DNA from: Leucoraja erinacea
Lineage: Eukaryota
Assembly: GCF_028641065.1 (NCBI RefSeq)
Contig: NC_073413.1
Location: 9,238,001 to 9,302,000 of the forward strand
DNA length: 64,000 bases
Direction: 5' to 3'
Under the pieces are notes generated by a model, which saw nothing but the letters and a program-made list of their open reading frames with translations, made no database searches and was not told the DNA's origin. Below, piece by piece: positions 48,591-61,400 of the stretch. Made by a program: the position numbers and the translations under genes. The number at the start of each line of letters is the position of its first letter. Position 1 is the stretch's first letter.

Positions 48591-51500
48591 CTGGAGCAGT
48601 AAGGCAGGAAAAAAATGTGAGAGCTTTTTCAAAGCAAAATACTCTGCATGTTAGAAATATTAAATAAAACATTGCAAATACTGGATGGTTCAGCAGCAGA
48701 AGGTTGTATGTAGAAATATGGTAATTCATTACTTGTTCTAATCTTACCAAGACCTCACCCTGCTCTGCTTAAGCTTAGGCTAAATTAACTTAGTTAAAAT
48801 ATGATTAATATCCTTTAATCCTCAATGTCACAGTTTTCAAATATGATCTGTAAATTCCATTTGGGTAGCACAGGTGGTTGAGCTGCTGCCTCACAGCGTC
48901 AGGGATCCGGGTTGAATCCTGACCTCAGGTACAGCCTGTGTGGAGTTTGCACGTTCTCCCACATGTGATTTCCTCCTGATGCTCCTGATTCCTCCCACAT
49001 CCCAAAGATGTGCAGGTTTGTAGTTTAATTTACTTTTGTAAATGTGATGGGAGCGGATAAGAAAGTGGGATAACTTAGAACCAGTGTGAATGGGCGATCG
49101 AAAGTCAGCATGGATTCGGTAGGTCGAGGGGCCTTTTCCCATGCTATTCACACATTCTCAAGATCTCCCTTTTACTTCAAAAGCAAAATACCGAAGGTGA
49201 TGAAAGTCCGAAATAAAAACAGAAGCTGTAGAGAATACTCAGCAGATCAGCTAGCATCTGAAGAGAATTCAGCTCCTATAATTTATGAACTGCCAACCTA
49301 TTCAAGTCCTTGTACAGACTCCCTGCTTCATCAACACTACCTGTCCCTCCACCTATCTCTGTAACATCTATAAAATTGGCCACATAAGTTATCACCCCTT
49401 TCTTATTTCTAAGTTGCAACCATGTAGCCTCAGTGGACGATTCCCCCCCAAAACATCCTAAGTTCTGCTGTGATGTCTCCCTAATCGAAAACCCCCACTC
49501 CTTCTCTTAGCTCTAACTCCATCGTGTCTGTGGCATCAGTTCCCTGGAACATTTGGCTGCCCCTCCCTCACCAATCTTTCTGGCTATAAAAACAGTCCAA
49601 TATACCAATCCTTGCCCTGATTTAATCTGCCTTATCTATCAGGCTTCTTGCATTAAAATAATTGAGGTTTAGTTTATCAGACTTTTCTCTCTCATCTCTA
49701 TCTGTCCTGTCTCCTGAACATGCTCACGTTCACATTTATGTTTGCCTCAACTTTTGCATCTACCATACTTCTGCTTTGGATACAACCCCCCCCCCCCCCC
49801 CCCCCCCCACCACATATTACAATCCTTTCCAGTGATTTAAAAAAAAAGTGTGTCAGAGAAACAGAAAGTAGAACTCTTGCACTATTATTGAAAAAAGCAA
49901 AAGGGAAAATTACAATCATTCCACCCCAGTGGAGTTGGTGGGCTCAGACTAATCTATATAAGGAAAATCATAGTATTTGATTAAAGAAAGGGGACATAAA
50001 GTGCTGGAGTAACTCAGTGGTTCAGGCAGCATCTCTGGAGAACATGGATATGTGACAATTTGGGCCAGGACCCTCTTCAGACTGATTTGGGGGGAGGGGG
50101 GGGGGGGGTGAAGAGAGAAATAGATAGTATGATAGTATAGGGATTGTGTGATCGTGTAAGAGTAGCTATATATTTATTTTTTTAATTCAAGGTGATTCCA
50201 GAACGATGGGCCTTATATTTGGCAGCCATTACTAAAACAGGATAATTTAAGAGGAACCTCTCTGCTTAAGGAATGTCAGGAATGTGGAACTTGCTGCCAG
50301 AGAGAGATTGACTGAGATGAATTGTGTGGAAAGAGGAAAGTGGACAAACTAGTGGATGAGAGAGAGCAGTCTACTGATGAAGAGTTCATTGGTAGTACCT
50401 GTGAAGCGAAGAAACAAACAGCGGGCAGCATATCTATGCAACTCGCAAACATTTTCCCCAATCCTAATTTTTTTTTTTAAACCTCAGCCAACTCAATTTT
50501 TTCCCCTCTCAATGTCTCTTCTGACCTTGGTGTGCTATGTGGAGAGAGTCACACCACTGACTTCAATCGTCACCCAGGTCTTATTATAAAACATTGACCT
50601 TTCCTAAGTCACCTTAGTTGCCAGTGGTGATGATTCACAATGTTTACAGAATAAGCAATCAAAGATTAAGGATACAAATACTCCTGGGTGTGTTCTTCCT
50701 ATATTGAGACATTCTAGCTAACAGGCAATATAATTCTTTTTTTGGTGACAGTGGGTATTCAAACCGAGGGAGAAGAACATAGAGCAAATGGACCACGGTG
50801 ATTAACAAAGTAACGACTATTATCATAATTTAAATTGAGGTGGGTTGAACATTTTACAGAATTGAAACAGGTAGTGCTGTGGTGAACAATGACAAAATGT
50901 GAGCTGAATCCCCTTTCACATCACATCAACAATTACAAGATGTTAGGTATTGATCGTGGAACAGTCGTCAAGAATTGAGAATCGCTTTTGGTTTTCTAGA
51001 TCCATGCAGACGTTGTTTCGCCAAGCTTTTTAACGGTGATCTTTACATAAATTGGTTGGATTGATGGGATAGAGAGGAAATTTACTGAGGGGTGAGAATT
51101 TACATTGAGGAGGGAATTTACATTGGTGAGAGGCCAGGCACAGATCAACACAACCTCCATCTCAAAGATAGACACAAAGGGCTGGGGTAAGTCTTCTTCA
51201 GTCTGAAGTAGGGTCTGGATCCGAAACGTCGCCCATCCTTTTTCTCCAGAGATGCTGCCTGACCTTCTGAGTTACTCCAGCACTTTGTGTCTATCTTTGG
51301 TATAAAGCAGCACCTGCAGTTCTTTGTTTCTACAATCTCCATCTTGGTGGATTTCTGTGATTCCAGAGACCCAAATAATTATGTGTTTTGCCACCAGTCA
51401 TTGTCAATGCAGATTTCCATGCTTTGGCTTTTATATTCTAGGATAGAAAACAATATCTTCAGAACGTCTATAGTAAAATTAATTTGATCACTGAAGCAAA

Positions 51501-53189
51501 CAAAAATTTCACTGGAATTTTTAAATGATTGCAGCTCGATTATTCATCTCTAGTTGGAGGTAGATAACACTATAAATTACATAAATCTCAGTTATTCGGG
51601 TAGTTGACCTTTAAGTGTTTGATCAATCATTTGTAAAACTCTGTTATAATACTGAATCAACATGGATGTTAATCATTTCAGAGCTTTATCACAATTCAAA
51701 TAACCGACCCTCTCAGCTCGTGGGAGCCAATAATTTCCAAAGAAGATAGTTCAGCTTGTGCAGAACGTAAATGTCCCTCATGGAAAATGGCGAGTGGGTT
51801 TTAGCTCAAGCAGAGTTTGTTACTCATCATCTATCGAACAAAAGAATCCTGAAACTACACGAATGAAATAATGTGACAGCCTTTGAGACTCGGGATTCCT
51901 CAAGATGCTTCAGCAAGAAACCACAAACGAGAACAAAATGACCCAATAATCAATATAGATGAGGGATAGGACCTCATCAACTGTTTGAGAAAGCTGCAGT
52001 CTTCTGGACTCAATATCAGATTATATAGCTAAGCCGTAAAATACCCATCTGCAATAATGACTCCGTTTTGTAATCTCTCCAGTGACACTTATCTGCTAAG
52101 CATTTCTTATTGCTCTGATCTGCATTTCAGAACTTTTACATGTCCCTGTTTGTTTTCTTTCTAACTGCCTTGTTAACGTATCAACCAAATGACTTAATCA
52201 ACAGTTTATCATAAGCCTATTCCTTTATCAAATATATTCCTTAGTCCTATCTATTCTTCCTTAATGTCTCTGTAATTTAAAACAATTTTTCACACTATTT
52301 CAGTTCTGGGGAAGGATCTTCAACCAAATATTAACTCTGTTTCACTATCCATTGATGCTGGCTGGCATACTGAGTATATCCAGCACTTTTTGATTTTATT
52401 TCAGAATTCCAGCACTACAATTTTTGATTTACATTCAAAGCAGGGAGGATAATTTTCAAGAGGAAATATTCAAGCTGGTGCAATTAGGAGTAAAGAATAC
52501 GATGATGTACTTTGGTAGAAAGATTGGGGAATGACAATACAATCTAAAATGTACAATTATATACAAGATGTGCAAAAGAACCATAAAGGTAGCAATATCA
52601 GGTTGAGGAGGTGATTAAAAGGCATACAAAATCTGGAAAAAGATTTCAGTCAGAAGAATGGACCTGACCCAAAACATCACCTTTCCATGCTTTCCAGAGA
52701 TACTGCCTGACCAACTGTGTTACTTCAACACTTTGTGTTGGAAACAAAATCCTGAGCTTTATAATGGGACGAATGTGGTGGGTTTGGACGAGTTGGGCTG
52801 AAGGACTCGATTTCAACCTGCATGGCTCCATGAGCAAATGTATGTTGGAAAAACAAGCAAACTGAAATAAAGCATTGTTTTGGCTGTAACTAGAATGTTA
52901 ACTACGCGAGTGGCTGAGATAGTTGAGAGAAGAGAAACAAATCTTGGAATTTTCATAGTGTTAAAGAGGGAACGATGCTTCAACCTGCATGGCTCCATGA
53001 GCAGACTGAATGTATGAAGGCTGGAGGGTGGGAGGAAAAACAGGGGAGCAAACTCGATGTTCATGCCCCGGGGTGAAATAATTTCCGGTGCTGCTCGCTG
53101 TGGCCATGGAGGAGACCCAGGACAGAGAGGTTGGGAGGGGGAGTTTTGTTATTGCTGTGTTAACGATAGAATGTTAGATCCCCCTACGC

Positions 53190-53330
53190 CTCTGACCTCT
53201 CTGTCCTGGGTCTCCTCCTGCCACAGCGAGTTGCACCGGAAATTGGAGGAACAGCACCTCATATTCCGTTTGGGGAGTCTGCACCCCGGGGGCATGAACA
53301 TCGAATTTTCCCAATTCTGTTAGTCCTTGC
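53190..53330 (+). mobile_element. Penelope-like element endonuclease C-terminal fragment
   Basis: HSELHRKLEEQHLIFRLGSLHPGGMNIEFSQFC*; a partial inverted copy lies at about 53045-53140. Confidence 0.7.
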
Positions 53331-54148
53331 TGTCCGTGCTGAATGTACTGCTACTCCTCCTTTTGAGTAGATCAGTCTAGGAATCTGCCGACAAGGCCTA
53401 TTTCCTTCGCTAAATGCTCCTGAGTTTCCAGCTTTTCTGTGTAACCTTGGAAAAGTTCCGTGTGAATGTATGAATTTGAGTAGATAAATCTGCAGACAAG
53501 GAATGTAAATTCCCCAGGAGAAAAGTTATCAGATATGAAAAGAGCTGATGACATGGTCAATAATATTCACTTGCAATGTCAGGAATTTTAATTAAGAAAG
53601 TGCCATCGCATAAAGCAAATGTAAATAATTATCATCATCATCTGAGAAACAGAGAGGGGCATGGGGAAGGGAGGGTGTGTGGCCAGATCAGGTAAATAGA
53701 ATCATTAGAGCAAATGTATTGGCATAAGATGTACATCCTGGATGACAAAAGAAAGGTGACCGTCAAGTTTCCCAGGGTAGAGAAGATTGTTGTGCCTACA
53801 CTGTGTGTGACAAGGGCGAAGCAGTAAACATTTTCCTCAGCACTGCTGAATGTGGTTATCTGGCCAAGAGGTAGTTGGAGGCAACATGACCAGAGGGATT
53901 TGATAAAGAGTCTGCAAGTATTGTATGGAGCTAACTGGGATTACTTTTAGGTTTCAGCAAATGGACAAGTGATTTACTGTTGTGGCTGTTGGTTCTGTAT
54001 CTTTTCCCAAAATTCCAAATTAGACCCAAATTTTGGGGTTTTGATCCTGGCTATGTTCCACAAAAATGGTTGTTTAAGAACACAAGATGCAATACACTAC
54101 AGGAGGTTAACACAGCAGGGAGCTAATGATGTGGAAGAGTTGAGAAAC

Positions 54149-54728
54149 CTGGTCGAGGTTCGGGTTCGCTGCCTTGGAACCTGCCCGAGGACCTGGCATC
54201 CACTAACTGAAACTCCCCGCTGTCAATGTTGTGCAGGACCTGCTCGTAGCTCTTGACCCAGTCGCGGGGCTGCGGCTCGAAGCGGGCGGGGGACGGCTGC
54301 GGTGGCTCGTCTGAGACCGGCAGACCCTGGCGGCACCAGTGTTTCAGTCCTCCGTCCAGCACCGACACCCGGCTGTGACCGAAAACCCGGAACATCCACC
54401 ACACCCGCGGGGAGCTGAACATCCCCCAGTCGCTGGCGTCGTAGACCACGACGTGCGTGCGGCTGGCGATGCCCAGAGATCCCACGTACCGGCCGAAGTG
54501 CTCGGCCGAGGGCATCATGTGCTCGTAGGACGAGGAGAGGTCACTGCACTCGTCCAGGTTGAAGTAGGCGGCTCCCGGGATGTGCCGCTCCTCGAACTCC
54601 TTTCTGGCGTTGCGCGGTACCGTCGGCAGGTACCAGGAGCAGTCCAGCACCCGCAGTGTCCCTGCCTTGGCCGTGCGGATTGCCTCGGCCAGCCAGGCTG
54701 CAGACACCACACTGCGCACCCACGCCAT
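54149..54728 (-). CDS. MPST: 3-mercaptopyruvate sulfurtransferase coding exon 1
   Basis: Rhodanese N-domain: LDCSWYLP, EFEERHIPGA, YEHMMP, SPRVWWMFRVFGH, VSVLDGG, QLVDARSSGRF..EPEPR. Donor G|GTTTCT, phase 1. Confidence 0.88.
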
Positions 54729-54800
54729 AGCTCCGTCTCTGCCTTCACAGCGTCCAGGCGGAACCAGTCACCCAGCAGGAAACAGACCCCCGCCCACAAC

Positions 54801-54829
54801 CAAAGATCCTATCTGCTATAGGATCTTTG
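54801..54829. mobile_element. 29-bp palindromic mini-element, same family as 29122-29148
   Basis: CAAAGATCCTAT-ctgct-ATAGGATCTTTG; flanks CCCACAAC / CACACAAG match at 6 of 8 positions. Confidence 0.65.
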
Positions 54830-55114
54830 CACACAAGTATATTCCCGAGGCCAGAACGCCCTCTCTGTCCTAATCCCATTTAGCAGCGCTGTTCCAAATG
54901 TTCAACTGGTGGATCCTATTTTTACTCAGAGGATGGTGGGTATACAAAACAAGCTGCCAGATGAGGTAGTATCTTCAATGTTCCTCGTACCCGGCCTGAT
55001 GTTTGGAGGCTGGGCCTGAGGGAGCTTACCTCATCTCGCAAGCTCTGAAAAGAGAAACAGCACAGCTTAACTTGGGCACAGCAGAGAGGAAAACGGGGTT
55101 TATGTTTCACATGG

Positions 55115-55452
55115 TACACAAAAAAGCTGGAGAAACTCAGCGGTGTGGGGCAGCATCTACGGAGCTAAGGAAATAGGCAACGTTTCGGGTCGAGACTCTT
55201 CACAGATGTGAGGGTGGGGGCGGGAAGAAGAAAGGAAGAGGCGGAGACAGTGGGCTGAGGGAGAGCAGAGAAGGGGAGGAGAAAGAGGGGACTACCTGAA
55301 ATTAGAGAAGTCAATGTTCATACCGCTGGAGTGTAAACTGCCCAAGCGAAATATGAGGTGCGGCTCCTCCAATTTACGGTGGGCCTCACTCTGGCCATGG
55401 AGGAGGCATCGGACAGAAAGGTCGGATTCGGGATGGGAGGGGGAGTTGAAGT
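55115..55452 (-). mobile_element. Penelope-like element 3' fragment: endonuclease C-terminus followed by a hammerhead-bearing terminal repeat
   Basis: Minus-strand translation FNSPSH...HRKLEEPHLIFRLGSLHSSGMNIDFSNFR*, then a degenerate hammerhead core at 55179-55205. Confidence 0.75.
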
Positions 55453-57638
55453 GCTAATAGATGACCCCACTCATGAATGTTAAATACCGGAATGTTGAAT
55501 GGAACTGTGTCGACAGTTTCTGTTGGTACTCTGATTAACTCATATTCCTCTGAGATATAATATTTATTCACAGTGCAGGTCTGACGTGATTGGTGTGTCA
55601 GAGAGCCATACAGCATGGAAACCATGCCCTTCAGACCATTTTGTCCATGCCGACTAAGATGCGCCATGTCAACTGTTGTTCATTGGCTGTAAGTGGCTGT
55701 CCTTTCTCTGGCTGATCCCTGCTCTCATCTGCATCGTTGCAATCTCACCCACCCCACACACACTCCTGTTTATTTTCTTAATGTTGCAAAGCCAGGATGC
55801 TTATATTCCTCTTCTTCATCGCATCCTTCAACATCTGGAACAATGCGCCTTTTGCCATGTAATGTTCAATACGGTGTATTAAAAAAAACTGGGGTGAGAC
55901 TCTTGAGACAACTGGCTACGTTTGCAGGCTCTTGGAAGATTAATTCGGGAAATTATATGAAGTTCAAGTTCAAGTTTATTGTCATGTGTCCCTGATAGGA
56001 CAATGAAATTCTTGCTTTGCTTCAGCACACAGAACATAATAGGCATTGACTACAAAACACATGAATAAATAAACTGATAAAGTGCAAATAACAAATAATG
56101 GGGTATTAATGTTCAGAGTTTTGTCCGAGCCAGGTTTAATAGCCTGATGGCTGTGGGGAAGTAGCTATTCCTGAACCTAGTCGTTACTCCTAGTTTGTTT
56201 CCTTCCATTAAAAAAATGAATTGTGCAGCCGTTCTGAGAGCATTGATTATTTTAAATGAGAGCTGCTACCTGACATATAACAACGTCTGTGTGGAAAGAT
56301 TCAATTGCAAAGATATTTATGACAATAACAATCTTGATGGAAGTAGGCCCCAGGCTTCAACCAGACGTTGGTCACTGGAGAAGTCGAGAAATATACCTGC
56401 CTATCATACAATGAAAAATTACACCTTTATGGTCTAGAAGACTCTTTGGACAGTCAGTGTTTGCATTTTAGAAACAAATGCCTGATGCAATGCCTCACTG
56501 TAATTCAAGTTTAGACCCTTCCATCTTCTCATCTAGACAAAGGAAATTCAAGATGTTCGAGATATTTACCTCGTTCAATAGTATATCTTGGTAGGTATTA
56601 TTATTCCCGATAGAAGCTTAAAATTGCTGAACAGTGGGAATGGTATTCTAGACCAGCTACAGTAGTAGCTTCAGCCTGGCACAGTGGAACATTTCCTATG
56701 GTTTTATTGCATTTAAAAAGCAAGACAATCCATCTGGCAATTACCACCCCATCTCAGTGACTGAAAATCAAAAAATCTGCAGATGTTGGAAATCTGAAAT
56801 AAAAATGCAGGAAGCACTCAGCAGGTCCACGTGGAATGGGAAACAATCAATATTTTAGTTCCAAAACAGTTTCTACTGATGCTTCCTCTCTTGCTAAGTG
56901 TTTCCTACATTTTTTGTTTTTACATCAGAAATGGCAAAAGGATTGTCAACACGGCTATCAAATACGATACGATAAAACTTTATTCTTCCCCGGGAGGGAA
57001 ATAAGTATGCCGACAGTCACACACACAAGGTACACACAAAAAAATTACAATAATTCAGACTTCACATAATCTTAGTTGGGCATCATCATATCTGAGACAA
57101 GTAATATATTCATGTTGCCTTGTGTCTTTTTGGCAATATTATTCACTATACACCAGACGTTATGAATTCAGTTCCCATGTGAGTGTCCTGAACACAAAAC
57201 AAATGCAGCACTGAGGAACTGTTGTTGTATCCGAGTTACTGTGTCCTTGATGAAGCATTTACCCAAAGACTGTCTGTTCTCTGATGTATAAGTGATTGCA
57301 TGTCACAATCCTGACAGAGCAGGGAATTTCTTACTGATGTCTAGTCAATATTTATTCTTTAATCTAACGGTACTTTGAGACATCCCGATGTTGTGAAATA
57401 CACAAAAGAAATGCAAATCGTTTTCTTTTACCACTCATCTGTCACTAGATAGAATACTAAAATCTCCAAAAACTGCAAAGAGAGTAAGAGGTGTACCTCA
57501 CACACACCTCATGCTACCCCATTAAACTTCAACCCATCTTAAGCAAATCATGGGAACTCAATCCACCCCCATCTGATAACACCCATTGGAAAACCAGGCA
57601 CCCCACCTAATGCCAACTATGGATGCACCTCACACACC

Positions 57639-57944
57639 GGGCGGCACGGTGGAGCAGCAGTAATGTTGCTGCCTTACAGCACTTGCAGCACCGCAGACCC
57701 GAGTTCGATCCTGACTACGGGTGCTGTCTGTATGGAGTTTGTACATTCTCACGTGACTGTGGGTTTTCTCCGAGATCTTCGGTTTCCACTCCAAAAACGT
57801 ACAGGTATATAGATAAATTGACTTGGTACAAGTGAAAATTGTCCCTAGTGTGTGTAGGATAGTGTTTATGTGCGGGGATCTTCGGTTGGTGTGGACAGTG
57901 GGCTGAAGGGCCTGTTTCCACGCTGTATCTCTAAACTAAACTAA
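57639..57944 (+). mobile_element. tRNA-derived SINE inserted in a minisatellite
   Basis: GGCGGCACGGTGG head, GAGTTCGATCC B box, (CTAAA)n tail. Confidence 0.8.
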
Positions 57945-58469
57945 AGCAAACCATGGCAGCTCCATCCACCTCCATCTAATGTCACCCATTGGAACCGCCC
58001 ACTCATCCCACCTTTGGGTGGAACTGAGACACAAGAGTCAAGAGAGTTTATTGTTATGTGTCCCTGACAGGACAATGAAATCCTTGCTTTGCTTCAGCAC
58101 AACAGAACATAGTAGGTACCCAAAAATGCTGGAGAAACTCAGTGGGTGCAGCAGCATCTATGGAGCGAAGGAAATAGGCAACGTTTAGGGCCGAAACTCT
58201 TCTTCAGACCCAATAGGCAACGTTTCGGGCCGAACCCCTTCTTCAGACTCAATAGGCAACGTTTCGGGCCGAAAACTCTTCTTCAGAACATAGTAGGCAT
58301 TGACTACAAAACAGATCAGTGTGTCCATATACCATAATATACGTAAATACACACATGAATAAATAAACTGATAAAGTGCAAATAACAGATAATGGGCTAT
58401 TAATGTTCAGAATTTTGTCTGAGCCAAGTTGAATAGCCTGATGGCTGTGGGGAAGTAGCTATTCCTGAA

Positions 58470-59450
58470 CCCTCACACCTAATGCCACCCACTGAACTTC
58501 ACCCTACCTGATGCAAACCATGGGAGCCGCATGCCACCCATCTGATGGCACCCATTGGAACCACCGACCAATCCTACCTACAGGTGCACGTTACATACAC
58601 CTAATGACGCCCACTGAACATCACCCGACCTGATGCAAACCATGGGAGCGCCATGCCACCTCTGGGTGCACCTCATACACACACACCTAATGCCACCCAC
58701 TCAACGTCACCCTACCTGATGCAAACCATGGGAGCGCCATGCCACCCATCTGATGGCACCCATTGGAACCACCTACCAATCCTACCTACAGGTGCACGTT
58801 ACATACACCTAATGACACCTACTGAACCATCACCCGATCGGATGCAAACCATGGGAGCGCCATGCCACCTCTGGGTGCACCTCATACACACACACCTAAT
58901 GCCACCCACTCAACGTCACCCTACCTGATGCAGACCATGGGAGCCGCATGCCACCCATCTGATGGCACCCCATTGAACCACCTACCATCCTACCTACATT
59001 TTGCACGTTACATACACCTCCAGGGTGACGCCACCCGACTCTAGAACGTCACCCTACCTGATGCAGATGGGGTTATTTTTTTTAGCGAGGGGAGCGCCAG
59101 AAGCCACCTCTTTGTATAAAGAACCTCATACACACACACACCTAATGCATACGACCCGCCGGCAGGACGAGTCCCCAACGTCACCCTACCCGAAGCAGAC
59201 CATGGGAGCGCCATGCCACCCATCTGATGGCACCCATTGGAACCACCTACCAATCCTACCTACAGGTGCACGTTACATACACCTAATGCCACCCGCCCGT
59301 GGGGTGTGGCGGGACTCAACGTCACCCTACCTGATGCAAACCATGGGAGCGCCATGCCACCTCTGGGTGCACCTCATACACACACACACCTAATGCCACC
59401 CACTCAACGTCACCCTACCTGATGCAGACCATGGGAGCGCCATGCCACCC
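58470..59450. repeat. About 208-bp composite minisatellite (about 122 + 86 bp subunits)
   Basis: TGATGCAAACCATGGGAGC recurs at about 58509, 58631, 58717, 58840, 58927 and 59332; diverged units at 57490-57640 and 57945-58020. Confidence 0.85.
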
Positions 59451-59599
59451 ACCCCCACCTATGGGTGCACCACCACCCACATGCCTAGTCAAGTGCCACC
59501 CACTGGAGCTGCCACAGCACCACCACCCTCACTCATGAGAACAGCTTCACCTCCATTGAGCCTTTTGCCACCTTTCTTCCATTTTGCACAAGTATTAAA

Positions 59600-60360
59600 T
59601 GTTAGACCAATGACGTCACCGCTGCTCCAGGGTGACGCCAAGTGGCGACTTCTAGAACATTCCTCGGCCTTTTCTCCTGTCAGATGGGGTTATTTTTTTT
59701 AGCGAGGGGAGGGCGGGTGGAGAAGCATTAACGTTATCCTCCTTTGTATAAAGAATAAAATGAATATATATATATATAAATACACAAGGAAGAAAAAAAA
59801 GATAAAACATACTTGGATCGCCGGCAGGACGAGTCCCCTAACGGTTTTTTTTTTCAAACCGAAGCCGGTCAGAACCGGCTCCAACCGGTTCGGGACCCCA
59901 CTTTTAGGTAGCGAAACACGCGCCTGAATTTTCCCCTTTTTCCCTCCCCCCACCCCCGCCAAAAAAAAAACACAGGGCCATTCAACGTTGTAGTGTCCAG
60001 ACCTGCAAGGGGAGGGTTGTGGCAAGGTGTTGCACTGGGTACAATTGCGCGGCGTGGGCAGCTGGCGGCGGTCGGGTTTTTTTTGCGGTGGCCTGGCGGC
60101 AGGCGGCAGGCGGCCGGCGCGGGGTCCTGAGGGGGTGGCGGGGTCCTGGCGCCGCCATGTTGCAGCAGTCCCTTGTTGTTCTGTGGATGTGAATGAGGAG
60201 CGGGAGCGGGAGGGGAGAGGGACGCGCGCACACCCCCACACACACACACACACAGCCCCCGGGCCGCGGCTCCCACACCCGCCACTCCGCCACAGGTAAG
60301 CGCGGCCTCTCCCGGGCGCCGGCGCCCAACCAGACCGCCACACTGGGCGTGGCTGCGGTG
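59600..60360 (+). promoter_or_regulatory. CpG island with putative first exon of an unidentified gene (donor CAG|GTAAGC after 60295)
   Basis: CCAAT overlaps a perfect CRE TGACGTCA (59607-59618). GCCGCCATGTT (YY1-like) at 60151; consensus donor at 60296. Confidence 0.55.
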
Positions 60361-60392
60361 TGTGTGTGTGTGTGTGGGGGGTGAATTATACA

Positions 60393-60689
60393 CCCCCTCT
60401 TTCCCTCCATCTACCCCCCTCCCTCCTCCCTTCTATCCAGTCTTCTTCTCTACAGTTATCCATTCCTTCCTTCCTCCTCCCCCCTCCTTCTCTCTCTTCA
60501 TCCCTCTCCCTCTCCCCTCCATCTCTTCTCCTCCCTCCCATCCCTCTCTCCCTCCCTCCATCTCCCTCTCTTCCTCTTCCTCCCCTCCTCCTCCTCCCTC
60601 TATCCTCCCTCTACCCCTCCCTCCTCCTATCTTCTTCCCTCCAGTTATCCATTCCATTCCTTCCTCTCTTCCTCCATCCCTCTCCCTCC

Positions 60690-60720
<31 letters not shown>

Positions 60721-61400
60721 CCTCCATCCCTCTCGCTCTTCCTCCATCCACCCCCTCCCTCCTCCCTCTATCCAGTCTTCTTCCCTCCAGTTATCCATTC
60801 CTTCCTTCCTCTCTCCCTGCATCTCTCTCTCTCCCTCCATCCATCCCCTCGCTCTTCCTCCATCCCCCCCCTCTATCCACCCCTCCCTCCTCCCTCTATC
60901 CAGTCTTCTTCCCTACAGTTATCCATTCCTTCCTTCCTCCTCTCTTCCTCCATCCCCTCCTCCCTCCCTCCCTCCCTCTCTCCATCCTTCCTCCATTCCT
61001 CCACCCTCCCTCCTCCCCTCTATCCAGTCTTCTTCCCTCCAGTTATCCTCTCCTTCCTCTCCCTCCATCTCTCTCCTCCATCTCCTCTCCTCCCCTCTCT
61101 CTCTCCCTCCCTCTCCCCCTATCCTCCCTCCAGTCCTCCTCCCCCTCCCCTCCCTTCCCTCTATCCAGTCTTCTTCCCTCCAGTTATCCATTCCTTCCTC
61201 CATCCCCCCTTCCTTCATCCCTCTCTCCCCCCTCCATCCCTCTCTCCCCCCCTCCATCTCCCCCCTCCATCCCTCTCTCTCCCCCTCCATCCCTCTATAA
61301 TCCTCCATCCTTCTCTCTCCCTCACCCCTCTCCACCCCTCGCTCTCCATCCACTCCCCTTCCACCTACTCCCCTTCCATCCCTCCCCACTATCCCTCCCT
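60393..61400. repeat. 1-kb polypyrimidine/polypurine low-complexity tract
   Basis: Almost entirely C/T on +, with a recurring CTATCCAGTCTTCTTCCCTCCAGTTATCCATTCC unit. Confidence 0.9.

Noticed and set aside
54729-54800. N-terminal mitochondrial extension of MPST contiguous with exon 1
   Set aside because: An in-frame TGA lies 14 codons upstream of the ATG; an extension would need an upstream exon that could not be identified.
58470-59450. Repeat array as a CRISPR-like locus or coding repeat
   Set aside because: Spacer regions are themselves repeated, the context is eukaryotic and no cas genes are present; it is a minisatellite.
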